Assembly (NCBI RefSeq): GCF_018977255.1
Contig: NW_024704764.1
Span: 868,001 to 932,000 of the forward strand
Direction of reading: 5' to 3'
From: Callorhinchus milii
Lineage: Eukaryota
DNA length: 64,000 bases
Part shown: piece after piece, positions 51,750 to 63,572 of the stretch
How positions within the stretch are numbered: the stretch's first letter is position 1
Layout: every line of letters begins with the position of its first letter
Position numbers and translations under genes: made by a program
Notes under the pieces: model-generated
Databases searched by the model: none
What the model saw: only the letters and a program-made list of their open reading frames with translations
Told to the model about the DNA's origin: nothing

Positions 51750-51870
51750 TATAATAATATTAATCCTGGCATTCGATATAGCACCTTATCATGTCGTCAA
51801 AACATCTCAAAGCGCTTCACAGGATATAGTGTAAAGTGCAGTGACTGTGCATATTTTGTGGGTGAAATTT
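51750..51870 (-). mobile_element. SINE tail fragment next to repeat copy 2
   Basis: aatcctggcattcgatatagcaccttatc...catctcaaagcgcttcacagg. Confidence 0.8.
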
Positions 51871-52469
51871 CTCACATTTCACATGATTCACAGCCATATG
51901 GAAACAGTTGGCATTGATATGTTAGTGCCAAGGAAAGAGATGAATTACAGAGAGAAGACACCCACCTCAGAAACTGTACAAGCCTTTAACCCACTCAAGT
52001 GGTTCAGATAACTTTATAAACGGTTCGGGTTTTTCTGGCATGATTTCGAACATGATCCAAACCCCACGAGTGTGTTAGTCTTGTAACAGGCTCTCGCCCA
52101 TCTGTTATCCTCCATATATATTACCCAACGGCTGTATCATGTGACATTTATGGCTGGTGTGAACAATGTAAGTGCATGTCCCTGTGTAGCTTCTAAAATG
52201 ACTGATGCACACAAAGCATTATATTTTAAAAGTTTTAAAATGAACAAAATAATGTTAAAAATGGATTACAGCAAAAGTTGGAGATTATATCAATTCTAAT
52301 GCATCCATCATGTGATAAAAGTTACAGTACTTTTTATGGAATTTTTTTTAATAAATGATTATCAAGTTTTATCTTTGCTTTGAAAAATATTTCAATCCCT
52401 ACCTAAAGAGCATCAAATCTCCAACTTTTCAGTACCCCTCCTGCTCTCTTACATAAGATTGTCCCTGTC

Positions 52470-53070
52470 AACTGGTGGAACCATCGCTCAATGGGAAGCG
52501 ACTTGTGCCCGAGCAGCGGACAGGAAGATGGTGGCAATGTTCTCAAGCATTTCATGCTGAGCTGTGTGGCCTACCAGTCCGCTCACAGGGAGCTCCTGGT
52601 ACCTGCCATCCATCTCGCGAGACTTAAACCTGCGCCTGTTGGATGTCAAACGGGGAGGGTGGGGGGGGGGAGAGCAAGATCCCCTTGGAGCTGAACTGGC
52701 TCGAAGATGACATACTTGGTAACGGAATGTTGGAATCGAGCCAAAGCCCTAATGGGGAGAGGGGTCCTTGCTGGACCAAGCAGTGGGAAAACTTGCCAGA
52801 TAGTAATATCAATGCAGTTTCAGTTGGTTAAACTCCAACAGTTACCCCACTCTGGGGTTCTCAAGCCTTGGCTCCTACCAACCTGAGTCTAATCCGGAAT
52901 TAGGTAAGCAGGTAAGCATCCCTCCAGCGAGAGTGCAGGTTCCATTCCAACAATCGATTCTCTGGAATTTCCATGTGAAGGTGGGATGCATGGAATTCTT
53001 AGTTTGGTTTGGTTACTTAAGCACGGTGATGGGTTTCCACGTGTGCCAGACACCCGGCTGACAAAACAAA
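52470..53070 (+). repeat. Unclassified interspersed repeat, copy 3 of 4 (internal deletion)
   Basis: 5' part matches copy 2; ggttaaactccaacag, ttccattcca and gaatttccatg blocks match copies 1 and 4. Confidence 0.8.
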
Positions 53071-53339
53071 TCCCTGACTGAGACTCGTTTTTCTCCTTCA
53101 AATGGATTTTCGTGCACTGAACGTGACCTCAAAAATCCCACCCATTTTGCAGATTGCCATTGTCTCCTTTCGCAGACCTCCCCAGCCTGCAACCCAATAA
53201 GACACTAATTTACACTCAATGTGCTGAAAATGGTTGGAAGTCAAATGCTTAAAAATATCTCAATGACAAAAAAAATGCAGAATAAAAAAAATGGTATTTT
53301 TATAGTGATAAATGTTTTTACCGTCAGAAAATATGGACG

Positions 53340-53460
53340 TCAGAAATTGGGTCTGCGGTGATTGAACGATTTAACACCAGACAACAGCAGCGCACATCAT
53401 GCTAAAACCAGCTGCTCCTTACAAACAGGAAGTAAGGAGCAGGCTGACCCCTCCGTGAAC
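53340..53460. promoter_or_regulatory. Candidate lymphoid enhancer (RUNX, E-box, FOX:ETS)
   Basis: TGCGGT (~53354), CAGCTG (53409), CAAACAGGAAGT (53422-53433) in repeat-free sequence. Confidence 0.35.
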
Positions 53461-55051
53461 TGTTGGCAAGGTAAAACAGAATGTTCTGGAAATCCCACCG
53501 GTCAGCGAGAAGCTCATTATGAAAGCCAGATCTTTACACTGGTGCAAAAATCAATTTGCGCTGATTTCAGATTCTCCCCCCCCACAAAAAAACACACACA
53601 GAGAAGAAAATATAAAAAGGACTGCGTTACTTATGCTAATCCACAATGCGTCTGCACCATCACATTGTTCATGATGTTTTACATCTCGTGTTTTTCTTCC
53701 ATGTTGCAACAATAGGCTGATCATTAACAGACGATTATACCTTTAATTCTGAAATGCCAGATGCTGTGAATACGAAATGAGTCTCTTACTGGTCGACATC
53801 TATAAACAAATAGGTCATTTGATTTTTATAGAAATGCACAGCAAAAAAATCACTGCGGTGAGACGGGTGTTCAGGGCGATCCTTAACCCTTTCGATTATA
53901 CCCTGTGAGGGATTTAATACTTGTTTTATATTACAGACTCTTCCACAATAGACCAGAAACAGTGGTAGCAAGGACAAGTATTTAATTTGGGCTCAGAATA
54001 ACTTGAAAAACTTATCTCAAGGTGAGTCTCAGTTATTCCAGAGCCAGCAGCGATGCCTTGTTATATTACAGTGGTTCTGCTGAAGTGTGGAGCAATGGTA
54101 TCAAAGGAGAGGCAGCAAATAACTCTATCCCAGAGAAGGTAACTGAACAAGGTACAGCAGAATAGGATACATACCGCTTCCACAGATAGGTTGTGAATAC
54201 CCCACAGATATGTGTGCGTTATATAGAAAGCATTTTAAAAATCCTTCACTATTTTGTCAAGGCAGCAGTAAAGTAATTCTAGCAAAGCCCTTATAGAATT
54301 GGGGGACACATTCTGCTCCTATGCCTATATCTTCTATGCCAATTTGGAATATCAGTTGGAAATGTAAAAGCCAAATAGTCTTGAGTTTTCAGATTGGCAA
54401 TGGTGCAAAAATGTTGCTAACAGGATTTTTGTGTTGTGGGATTTGTGCTGACTCGAGACTGACCCAAACCTATGTGTGGTGGTTATAAGCTACAGTAGAA
54501 TAATAAATAGTAAATGCTTGCAATTGACAATGCCTTATCCCGTTGTCGAGACATCTACAGCAATGCCCCACAAATAAGCCAGGAGGAGAATGGTTATTTT
54601 ATCTGGGGGATTTTTGCCCAGGAGACTGGGTAAAACTCGCTTTTCATTTCAAATTTGGTGGGGGTGAGGGACAGAGGGTTTGCTGACTGTAGGGATCCCT
54701 TGACCTTAAGGTCTGTGATTCCTATATTGCACTCTCATTCTGTTAAAAAGTTCATCTTTGTATCACTCGTGATCCTCAAAAAATTAGATGTTTCAGTAAT
54801 GCTAGTGGCAGTTTTAACTACCTTGCATTGGGGAAGAGGTTATTCATCTGCTCAGTATCGGCACAAGTACACAGCTGAGATCCAGAGCCAATTTTTCGGA
54901 GTCTCCCAGGAAAACAGTCATGCATTGCCCATTGTCCTGACACTGCAACTGTAACATCAATAAACCCAGATGATAGTCTTCAGGTCTATTTCATCTCAAT
55001 AATATCTTAAAAACTGGCACAACATTGGTTCGGCAAGTTTATGATTATAAA

Positions 55052-55330
55052 AAATAATCCTTGCATTTGATATAGTGCCTTATCACATCATCAAAATGTC
55101 TCAAAGTGAATCACTGGATTTTACTGTAGTTACTGTGTATTTGCAGGCGAACACGGTAACTAATTCTCAACAAAGTAATGTCCACAAACAGCCAGGAAGT
55201 GAATAATTTTATCTAGAGGATTGTTGGTCAGAACATCAGGAAAAACTCCCTTCTCTTTTCGTGCTATGGAATCTTTAACATCCACATGATTAGGCACATG
55301 GTACATTGATTTAACGTTTCAACCAAAGGA
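55052..55330 (-). mobile_element. SINE 3' part (tail plus Deu core)
   Basis: ataatccttgcatttgatatagtgcc...gtgctatggaatctttaacatccac. Confidence 0.75.
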
Positions 55331-55334
55331 TAGT

Positions 55335-55620
55335 TTATCAGTGAGTAACCGAGCCATACAGACTGGGAAGGTAGGTTTATTCTCTTGTTTGCTATGAGTT
55401 AGCTGATTTCAGTAGGAGAAATATAAATTGTCTTCACTGTCTGTGGGTGAGACGGGGAAAATCAGGGATCCTGTTTTCAACTAGTATCCAATGAATCCTG
55501 CTGGAAATTTGTGTGTGTGTGTATGCGGACCACAGTTGAGGATAGCATTGGGCTGGACCGCGATACACTTTGGGTCAAACAGTTTGCTGACACTCACTGA
55601 AAAGCCTCATAAGCCTGGCA
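55335..55620 (+). mobile_element. Ancient SINE-like repeat
   Basis: gagccatacagactgggaagg...gagttagctgatttcag...aaaatcaggg...gctgacactcactg. Confidence 0.65.
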
Positions 55621-55794
55621 CACCAACAGTATAAGCAAAATGCTGTGAAACAATTTTAGGAGACAAAAGAGGGAGAAAATTGGTGTGGATTTAAAGATGC
55701 AAGAACTGTATAAAAATAAAACTTCACCATACCTGCTAAACATAGAACATATTTATGGAAATTTTTATACAAAAATATATTTATGGAAAATGCA

Positions 55795-56230
55795 CTTTCC
55801 TCACACTCAGGTACAAATCACTTCATGCCCTGGCTCCTCCCTTCCTCCTTGACCGGCTTACACCCTGCTCCACTAACCGCTGTTTTCACTCAGCTGGCTC
55901 TAGCCTCCTGCACATCCCTCGTCTCCTCCACCATTAGCAGCCATGCTTTCAGCCGTTACACCCCAAAACTCCCTGCCTCAATCGCTCCACCTTGCCTCCT
56001 TCTTCCCCGTTTTCAGATTATAACAATAATCCTTGTAATCGCGTCTTAGCACGTCATTGAGAATTCTCAATGCGCTTCATAGAATAGGTTCACACTTGAA
56101 GACCTTCTTCTTCGATCATGCCTATGGTCACCTCCCCCCTCTCTTCAACTTGGTGTCAAACTCCACTACTTAAGCACTCCAAGACGCTACCCCGCTTGAG
56201 GGGCACTATATAAATGCAAATTGTTCTTGT
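55795..56230 (+). mobile_element. Decayed L2 3' fragment interrupted by an inverted SINE tail (~56018-56085)
   Basis: YKSLHALAPPFL remnant; aataatccttgtaatcgcgtcttagcacgtc insert; ctatataaatgcaaattgtt tail. Confidence 0.7.
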
Positions 56231-56246
56231 TTCACGAGCTTGAGAA

Positions 56247-56950
56247 AACAAAATTACATTTATAGAGCGTCTTTCACGTTGGGAGGATGTCTCAAGGCAC
56301 TGGACAGTCAGGGGTCAGGACCCAAGCATGGGGGAGGGGTGGGGTAGGGGTGAGGGAAGGCAGAGAGGTGGGAGGGTGACTGAAGGCATGATCGAAGAGG
56401 AGGGTCTTGAGACCGGCCTTGAAGGAGGCGAGGGAGGAAGCGAGGCAAAGGGACCGTGGGATGGCGTTCCAGACTGTGGAGGTAGAGAGGCTGAAAGCCC
56501 GGCCACCGATGGTAGGGCGGGTCGGGTGGGAGACATGGAGCAGCCCGGAGCCCGCTGAGCAGAGGGAGCGGGCAGATTAGTAGGCAGTCAGCAGGTCTGA
56601 GAGGGTAGGAGGGGGCAAGGCCATGGACGGCCTTGAAAGTGAGGACGAAGAGCTTGAATTGGATCCTCTGGGGGATGAGGAGCCAGTGGAGTTGGGTGAG
56701 GGTGGGAGTGATGGGGTCAAGGTGCTTGGTGCGCGAGAGTACACGAGCTGCAGAGTTTTGGATGATCTGCAGATTGTGAAGGGAAGAGCTGGGAAGGCCG
56801 CTGAGGAAGGAGTTTCCATAATCGAGCCTTGATGTGACGAATGCGTGGGTGAGGGTTTCAGCAGCCTGAGGGGTGAGGCAGTGGCGGAGTCTGGCAATGT
56901 TGCGGAGGTGGTGGTAGGCAGTGCTGGTCATGGCGCGGATGTGGGGGAGA
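56247..56950 (-). mobile_element. Young L2 3' fragment (ORF2 C-terminus)
   Basis: HLRNIARLRHCLTPQAAETLTHAFVTSRLDYGNSFLSGLP...QIIQNSAARVL...LHWL. Confidence 0.95.
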
Positions 56951-58064
56951 ACAAACGGTTCAGGGAAGAATATTGCAGTGTGAAGTGCTGTTATCAACAA
57001 TGAACAATCATGTTTTAAACGTTAGTGTGTATGCTTGGACTGTTGAACCGTAGCAGCATTTTTTATCTAATACTCATAGTCAAACACTAAAAAAATCCAG
57101 CATTTTGAAATGTTGTTCCTGTAAAATATCCTTTGTTGCAATTACTTGCTGCACAGCAGCAGTTAAACCATCAATCCTTGATTTAAAAAAACTAGGGAAA
57201 TGAACACAATATTTCAGGTCTCACCTCAAACTGTAACCAGAATCATCTTTAGATAGAATTTACTGATGGATCATTAACCCTTCCACTGGCCGGCAGAGGG
57301 TCACACACCGACCTTTCAGCCTTTCTGGAGGATCTCTCCAGTCTGTGCTGCTATAGAATTACCAATTTGTGACATTTTCACCAAACTGCATTGTCTCATA
57401 TGCACCTCATCTACAGATTGTCACATAGGCCCATTACACAGATATTACTAAAAGCTCATTAAAGCACCTAGAAGTTACTTAATCAACATTTTAAAAATAA
57501 AACATAGCTTAAATGGGTTACAAACGATGGACGTTTTTAATAAAATCTTAAATTGCAAGAGGCAGATTCTGTTGTGGTATATAGCTAACTAATGTACAAG
57601 TCTTGGTTTTATAGTATACTTGTATTTATGCTTTGCAAATCCAAAAGGAATTGTTAGTTTTTATACAATAAGATATAATATCACTATTCCATTTCAGATT
57701 TCCTTAGTTCCAGACAAGCTTTTCTTGCTCAAGAAAAGTTTGTCTTTCTCCTGCAGTTTATATCATCTGGACACCTCAATCGGACCCTATAATTCACTCC
57801 TGGGGCTCAGTTATTCTATATATAAACACCCAAACCCGATTAAATTCCAGCCCATAACTCAGTACCAGGGATCTGCTCTTCTGTACATAAACCACCCAAA
57901 ACCCTTATTTAATGATTCCAGCCTGTGACTCACTCCCAAGAATTCATCTGTAACTTTCACATATATAATACTATCTCATAAGGGTACAACAGTCCTCTAT
58001 ATATATTATGTCAGGTCATAGTTCTGAAGCCTGAATTGTTGCAGCTGAATTAGCCCACAGTGCA

Positions 58065-58250
58065 TCATAATAAACTGGTCACTTCAAACTACGACTGTTT
58101 TGTGGGACACTGCTGTGCAAATTGGCTGCTGCGTTTCGCCCACAAATATACAGTCACTTCACTTTACAGTATTTTCTGTGAAGCGCTTTGAGATGTCTCG
58201 AAGACTTGATAAGGCGCTATATCAAAAATGCAAGTATTATTATTATTATT
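58065..58250 (+). mobile_element. SINE 3' half with (TAT)n tail
   Basis: Very similar to 5145-5303 and 61720-61884. Confidence 0.85.
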
Positions 58251-59129
58251 TATATTATCACCTGTCAACATATATTTCAACAATACTCACCCACTCGCGT
58301 TTATGTGGCCAAAAAAGTATCACCAGGAGAATCTTTATCGTTTCCTGATATTTAGAAGTTTTGTTTACAGTATTTTTGATGCCAGTCATAAATTTTCAAA
58401 TGGCAAAGCACAGCTCTGCCTAGCCTGTCAATCACCATGACATCTGCCATACACAAGCAGCTTGGTTCTCTCATCAACTGCTGGGAAATTTACTGTTGTT
58501 CCTGTGTTATTTATAATGCAACTGCAAACAATTGGTATTAATGTAAATTCTTCAAAATGATCATTTAAAATGGAAGATACAAATCACTATCCATTATTTC
58601 TACAAAAGCTATGTTTTCTGATTATCTTTTTAGCTTCACTCCTTCCAATTCATGTGTCATACAACTCTTCTGCTAGATTAATGGGTAATTGCACTACTTG
58701 TTCTAAAATTCAATCGATGGCCTGTGCTTAGTCAGGTCACCTGTGCGAGTAGATGCTCAGACTTCGTTATAATGTTATATTTTCAGTCAGGGGAGTGCTG
58801 GACTTGCCATCCAGTAGTTCAACATCAGTCAGCATTGTTTACACCATAGCCAACCTCTCAAAATGAGGGTGAGAATTGCCAATAGATACAGGCACTTCAA
58901 TGCAGGGTTATACCAGTTAGTGGATTCAAATCTAGACTGAAAAGTTTCAAATTAATTTTGAGCTTTGTAGCTGTCAAGGCTTACAAATAGGAATTTTTTT
59001 TTAAAACTCCAGAGCATTCCTTCAAATAAATACTTCGAATGCAATAATAAAAGGATGCTACAGCTTTGTAACCTCTCTCCTCTTTCTATTTTTGCCTGTA
59101 GTGGTGGGACGTAAAGTATGATAGCAGAT

Positions 59130-59835
59130 ATAGAAAGCAATCAAAAAGCTAAATGGGATTTATAAACTGGGATATTAAATACAAAGCAGGGAAAGTCATG
59201 TTGGAAATGTATAGGACATTGGTCTACAGTTAAGTGTATTGTGTTCAGTTTTGAAAATTATTTCCTTCTTCCCCATTAGAGAAGAAATGAGGACGTTTTG
59301 CCCACAAAACATACAATCAATTCACTTTACAGTATATTTCTGTGAAAAGTTTTTAGTTGTTTTGAAGATAAGGAACTATAACAAATACAAGGATTATTAT
59401 TATTATAAATATCAGTTGGAAATACCGCAACACAGAATCATATGATAAAAAATATGTATGCAGAGAGGCTGCCTTTTTCCACTGGAACAGAAGAGATTGG
59501 GACAGATATAACAGTCTTTAATATTCTTAAAGGTAGAAGGGGGGAAGCGATTTCCTTCAGTTAGAGAATTGGTGACAAGGAGGCAGAATATCATAGTCTT
59601 AGAAGAAAAATTAAAGGGCGTGGTTAAAGGGATTTCTTCCACCACATGGTTATTAGGATGGATCAATGGAATCATTCAAAATAGAACTAGATAAACACAT
59701 GGGCAGTAAAAACATTACAGGATATGGGGAAGGAGCTGAAAAATGGGATTAATAAAAAAAAATTAGTAATGGTAGCAAGTAGCCATGCTCAACAGGCCAA
59801 ATGGTCTCCTCCTGGGCTGAACATTTCTGTTTCTA
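59130..59835 (+). mobile_element. Old CR1 3' fragment interrupted by a SINE tail (~59290-59406)
   Basis: aaagcaatcaaaaagctaa...tgtataggacattggt...tattgtgttcagttttg parallels 42885-43020; ends aatggtctcctcctgggctgaacatttctgtttcta. Confidence 0.7.
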
Positions 59836-61284
59836 TAGTGGCTGAAAAATGATCATAAAATTAAAAAATGATACAATATGAAGAGAAAGTTTTGAAATTA
59901 AAAAGCCATTCTTGCAGCTGGAACTTTGCCTTGTTTTAAAAAGCATGTTAGTGCCACTTGTCAAGCAATGAACTACGAAGCAGGAGAAACCATTCTCATG
60001 AAGTTGGAGAAGTACTATGTATCTGGTAAGATCAAGAATCTACTTTGTATTATGCATTTACTAATGACAATTATCATATTAAATGCTTGATGAAATATCA
60101 CAAATGTTATCCATTGTCTTCAGTCTCTCCTTAGCAGCACTCTGCATACACTATGGGACGTCAGTGATGATGGGTTGGGTGGCATTGTTTATATACTTCT
60201 TTGAACACTGCCCATGTTCAGTTCAAATGCAATGAGAGGTCTATTTCTCTTCAGATTTGTGCTTTCAAACAAAGTTTCAGAGAGTAATTTAAGCAGGGGA
60301 ATTATTTCTAAGTAATGATAATGATAGGAAATGGCGTTTGTTCCATTTATTGAACACAGCTGAGCCAACCTCATTTTAATGCAATAACCCTTTTAACCCC
60401 AAGCTAAATAACAGAGGTAGCCCAGGTCCCAGCGACGCGCAGGAACAAGTGGCAGTGATTAAGTTTAAAAAGGCTCAGAGAGCAGGATATGGGAAATGTT
60501 TTCAGATTTGAAAATACTTATTTTATTGCACATTACTGAAAAAAATGCCTACATATATTAGTGAATTTTTTTTTTGCCAATTTTGTCCCATCTTCTTGTG
60601 AATGAATTTTCATTCACACAATCACAAGGTTAGGTTGGATGAAGAAGGCCCTTTGGCCCATCCTTCCAAAACACCACCCCACCATCTTCACATTCTCATA
60701 CAAACTCCTTCAATAACTCATACATTTTTTCATGTGTTAACTGATTTACCCAAGGGTACTAAGGCCAAAGGTAGTGTACTACTGGCCCAATTAAGAGTGC
60801 GTGAATCAAATGTAGAACCTTTCCTCATTTACTAACTGTATAAACACAATGATGCAAGTTTTTTTTAAATCAATATTGATTCAGATCTTCGCGGGGGATG
60901 AAACCCAGATAGCAACCAAATAAACATTTAGATGCATCTTTTCAAAACATGCAAACTAGGCAGATCCCAACTAAAATTGAAAGAGGGACAAAATTGACAC
61001 TAGTTGCAAAGTTCATTAAATACACCACACTGTGATCTGACTAATGTAAGTTTACTGGATTATTTGCCCAGAAGTCTACTAATCCTGGTTTATTGTTCCA
61101 GATACTGTAATCGCACAAAAACAATTAATTTACCACACAATTGTTTTCATACATTATCTTTTTCCATCCATTCAATTATTTTACAGATTTTTTCTGTCTG
61201 TACATCTTTGTCTTTGAATTTACTTTGTGTGTACACCCTCTGTATTGATCCCTCTCTACACCCCATTGTGTATAATTTTTAGAG

Positions 61285-61980
61285 GTTCCCTGCAAGCTAA
61301 AGTCCACATAGGTAGGATGGTCCTGGTTGGACAAGTAGTGGGAAGCTTGCCAGACTGTGCTCTCAATGACAAGCTGTGCAGTTTTAGCTGGTTAAACTCC
61401 AACAGTACCCCACTCTAGGGTCTCAAATGTTGGCTGTCACCAAGCTGGGCCTAATACTCTGTGGAATTAAGTAGTATCCACACTTCAGGGAGAGAGTGGG
61501 CATTCCATTCCAGATGGAAACATGTAGCTTAGTGGTTAGAGCACTTGTGTTGCAAGCGAGAGGACCTGGGTTCGATTCCTGCCAGGGCAAAACATTGGAT
61601 ACGTTTCCTTACTCAACACGCCTCTGTTTACCTAGCAGTAAGTAGGTACCAGGTTGTTAGTTGATTGGCCAATCGCTTTTCTGGGGATAATAATCCCTTC
61701 AAAATAAATAAAAATAATTTGGTCACTCAATCCACGACTGTTTGTGGGACGCTGCTGTGTGCAATTGGCTGCCGCGTTTTGCCCACAAAATATACAGTTA
61801 ATTCACTTTATAGTATATTCTGTGAAGCTCTTTGAGACGTCTCAGAGATAGATAAGGCACTATATCAAATGCAAGGATTATTATATAGATACAAAGAAAT
61901 TTCCATGAGTAGATGGAATTCTGAGTCTGCTTTGGGTACTCTTAAGTATGACGATGGAAGTGTCAGACACCTGGCTAACT
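61285..61980 (+). repeat. Unclassified interspersed repeat, copy 4 of 4, split by a SINE
   Basis: 61325-61512 and 61895-61980 are collinear with 52772-53062. Confidence 0.8.
61523..61884 (+). mobile_element. Near full-length young tRNA-derived SINE
   Basis: tagcttagtggttagagc A box, gggttcgattcc B box; same body and tail as 28791. Confidence 0.92.
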
Positions 61981-63495
61981 TTAAAAAAAACGTATAAGAT
62001 GCATACTATACATTTTGTGTATTATTATTTCTCTCTATATATTCATATTGTATTATATTCCCAGAATCTCTCAATTTAATACGTATAACTCTTATTGATT
62101 TCAGTCTATTTAAGCCCGTGTAGATGTGCTCTCAATTCCTTCGTTACAAAAATAAATCAAAACCTCTTGACCTGTATTGTTCATTTTTACTGTACTGTGA
62201 GTCTTGTTAGCACTGCAGATGAGAATGAAAAAAAATTCCAAGGTGAAAATTTACATTAGAGAAAAAACACAAAATTGCAAAAAAAATTACAGTACTGAAG
62301 AACATTGATTATTATCAATAATTCAAGAAACTTGTCCAATCCAGACCTATGAAAGCATTAGGTTATGAGAGTCCTAACTATGATTTAATGGTTTCTTGAG
62401 AGAATCGCTTCAATAAAAGACAATGTTTAGGATCCCCGAACTATGCAAGGTATGAAAAAAAAGTTTTCTTTATACTGAGAAATTTACTGACGTCATTTGT
62501 AGGAACCATTGAGTCCAGGATGCTGTGCTCATTTTAAAAATCACAGCTTGATGATGTGATGGGAAGACAGTAGGGTGAATATTGTGGAAGAATTAAATCA
62601 AATTGGCCAAAGTGCTTTCATCATCTGAGCCAATTGTGATCTAGGGAACTCTCACAGAACTTTGAAACTGAAGTGGAAAACCTAGAATCGCTTATGAAGA
62701 TTTAACTCAGGTTTGTATCCAGCCCAGACAGACAGAATAAATGTTTTCTCCCAGCTGCATGGAAGGGTCCTGTGGTAAAGCAATGATGCAAAGAAACACA
62801 GTGAATGGTGAAAAATATTAAATGAAACTATAAAATGGTGAAAAGTCATCATCATTTACAAGAGAAAAGCAAGTCAATCCACTGATAAGGCATTATAACC
62901 AAACATTAACAAATCTTTATCTTCTTAATAATGTGCATCACCAGGTATTTCTGTTTTTGTTTCTGATGTGAAATTAGTTTGGGGCGGTCTATTTCAGTCT
63001 GGGGTGCCCATGAGTTTCCTAAGGAAGATCTTATAATATGGGTTATTATTCAAACAAAGTAAAGGACATACTTTGTCTGACCATGCCACTCTTAACCTGG
63101 GAGTGTTAAATTGAAGTACAAAAGTCTCAGATTCTGGCTAAAGATCCTCTTCATAGGGCTTAAATGGCCAAAGACATTAGGAACATGTCAAAGATTCAAA
63201 ATGACTAAATACTTTTAGTAAATGAATCGTTAGAAAACGTCCCAGGTGGAATTGCTGATGTGTGCTGAGTTAACTGATGCTACAGTAGGAGTGCTACAAT
63301 GGACCTCAGTAGGGTTAGGAGATAATGAGTTAGTTTCCGCTCCTTATTGTTACCAATTGATCACTGGTGGATGTGTATGTGTACAGGTAAGCACAGCAAT
63401 GGACTCCACAGTCTGTTGACACATACCCAAACTCACACATAAAGAATGTCCACCTGGTCGTTTTATCAGAGCATGTCCAGTGTTCATGGAGCCAT

Positions 63496-63572
63496 ACAAC
63501 AACAACAACAACAACAACAAGATTCCATTTATAGAGCGCCTTTCACGTCGGGAGGACGTCCCAAGGCGCTGT
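63496..63572 (-). mobile_element. L2 tail-only insertion with (AAC)n
   Basis: (aac)n gattccatttatagagcgcctttcacgtcgggaggacgtcccaaggcgctg. Confidence 0.88.

Noticed and set aside
53631-53716. Possible minus-strand exon bounded by AG and GTAAC
   Set aside because: Weak polypyrimidine tract and no SKAP similarity in translation.
56308-57000. Longest ORF in the window (230 aa)
   Set aside because: Frameshifted C-terminus of L2 ORF2, not a host gene.
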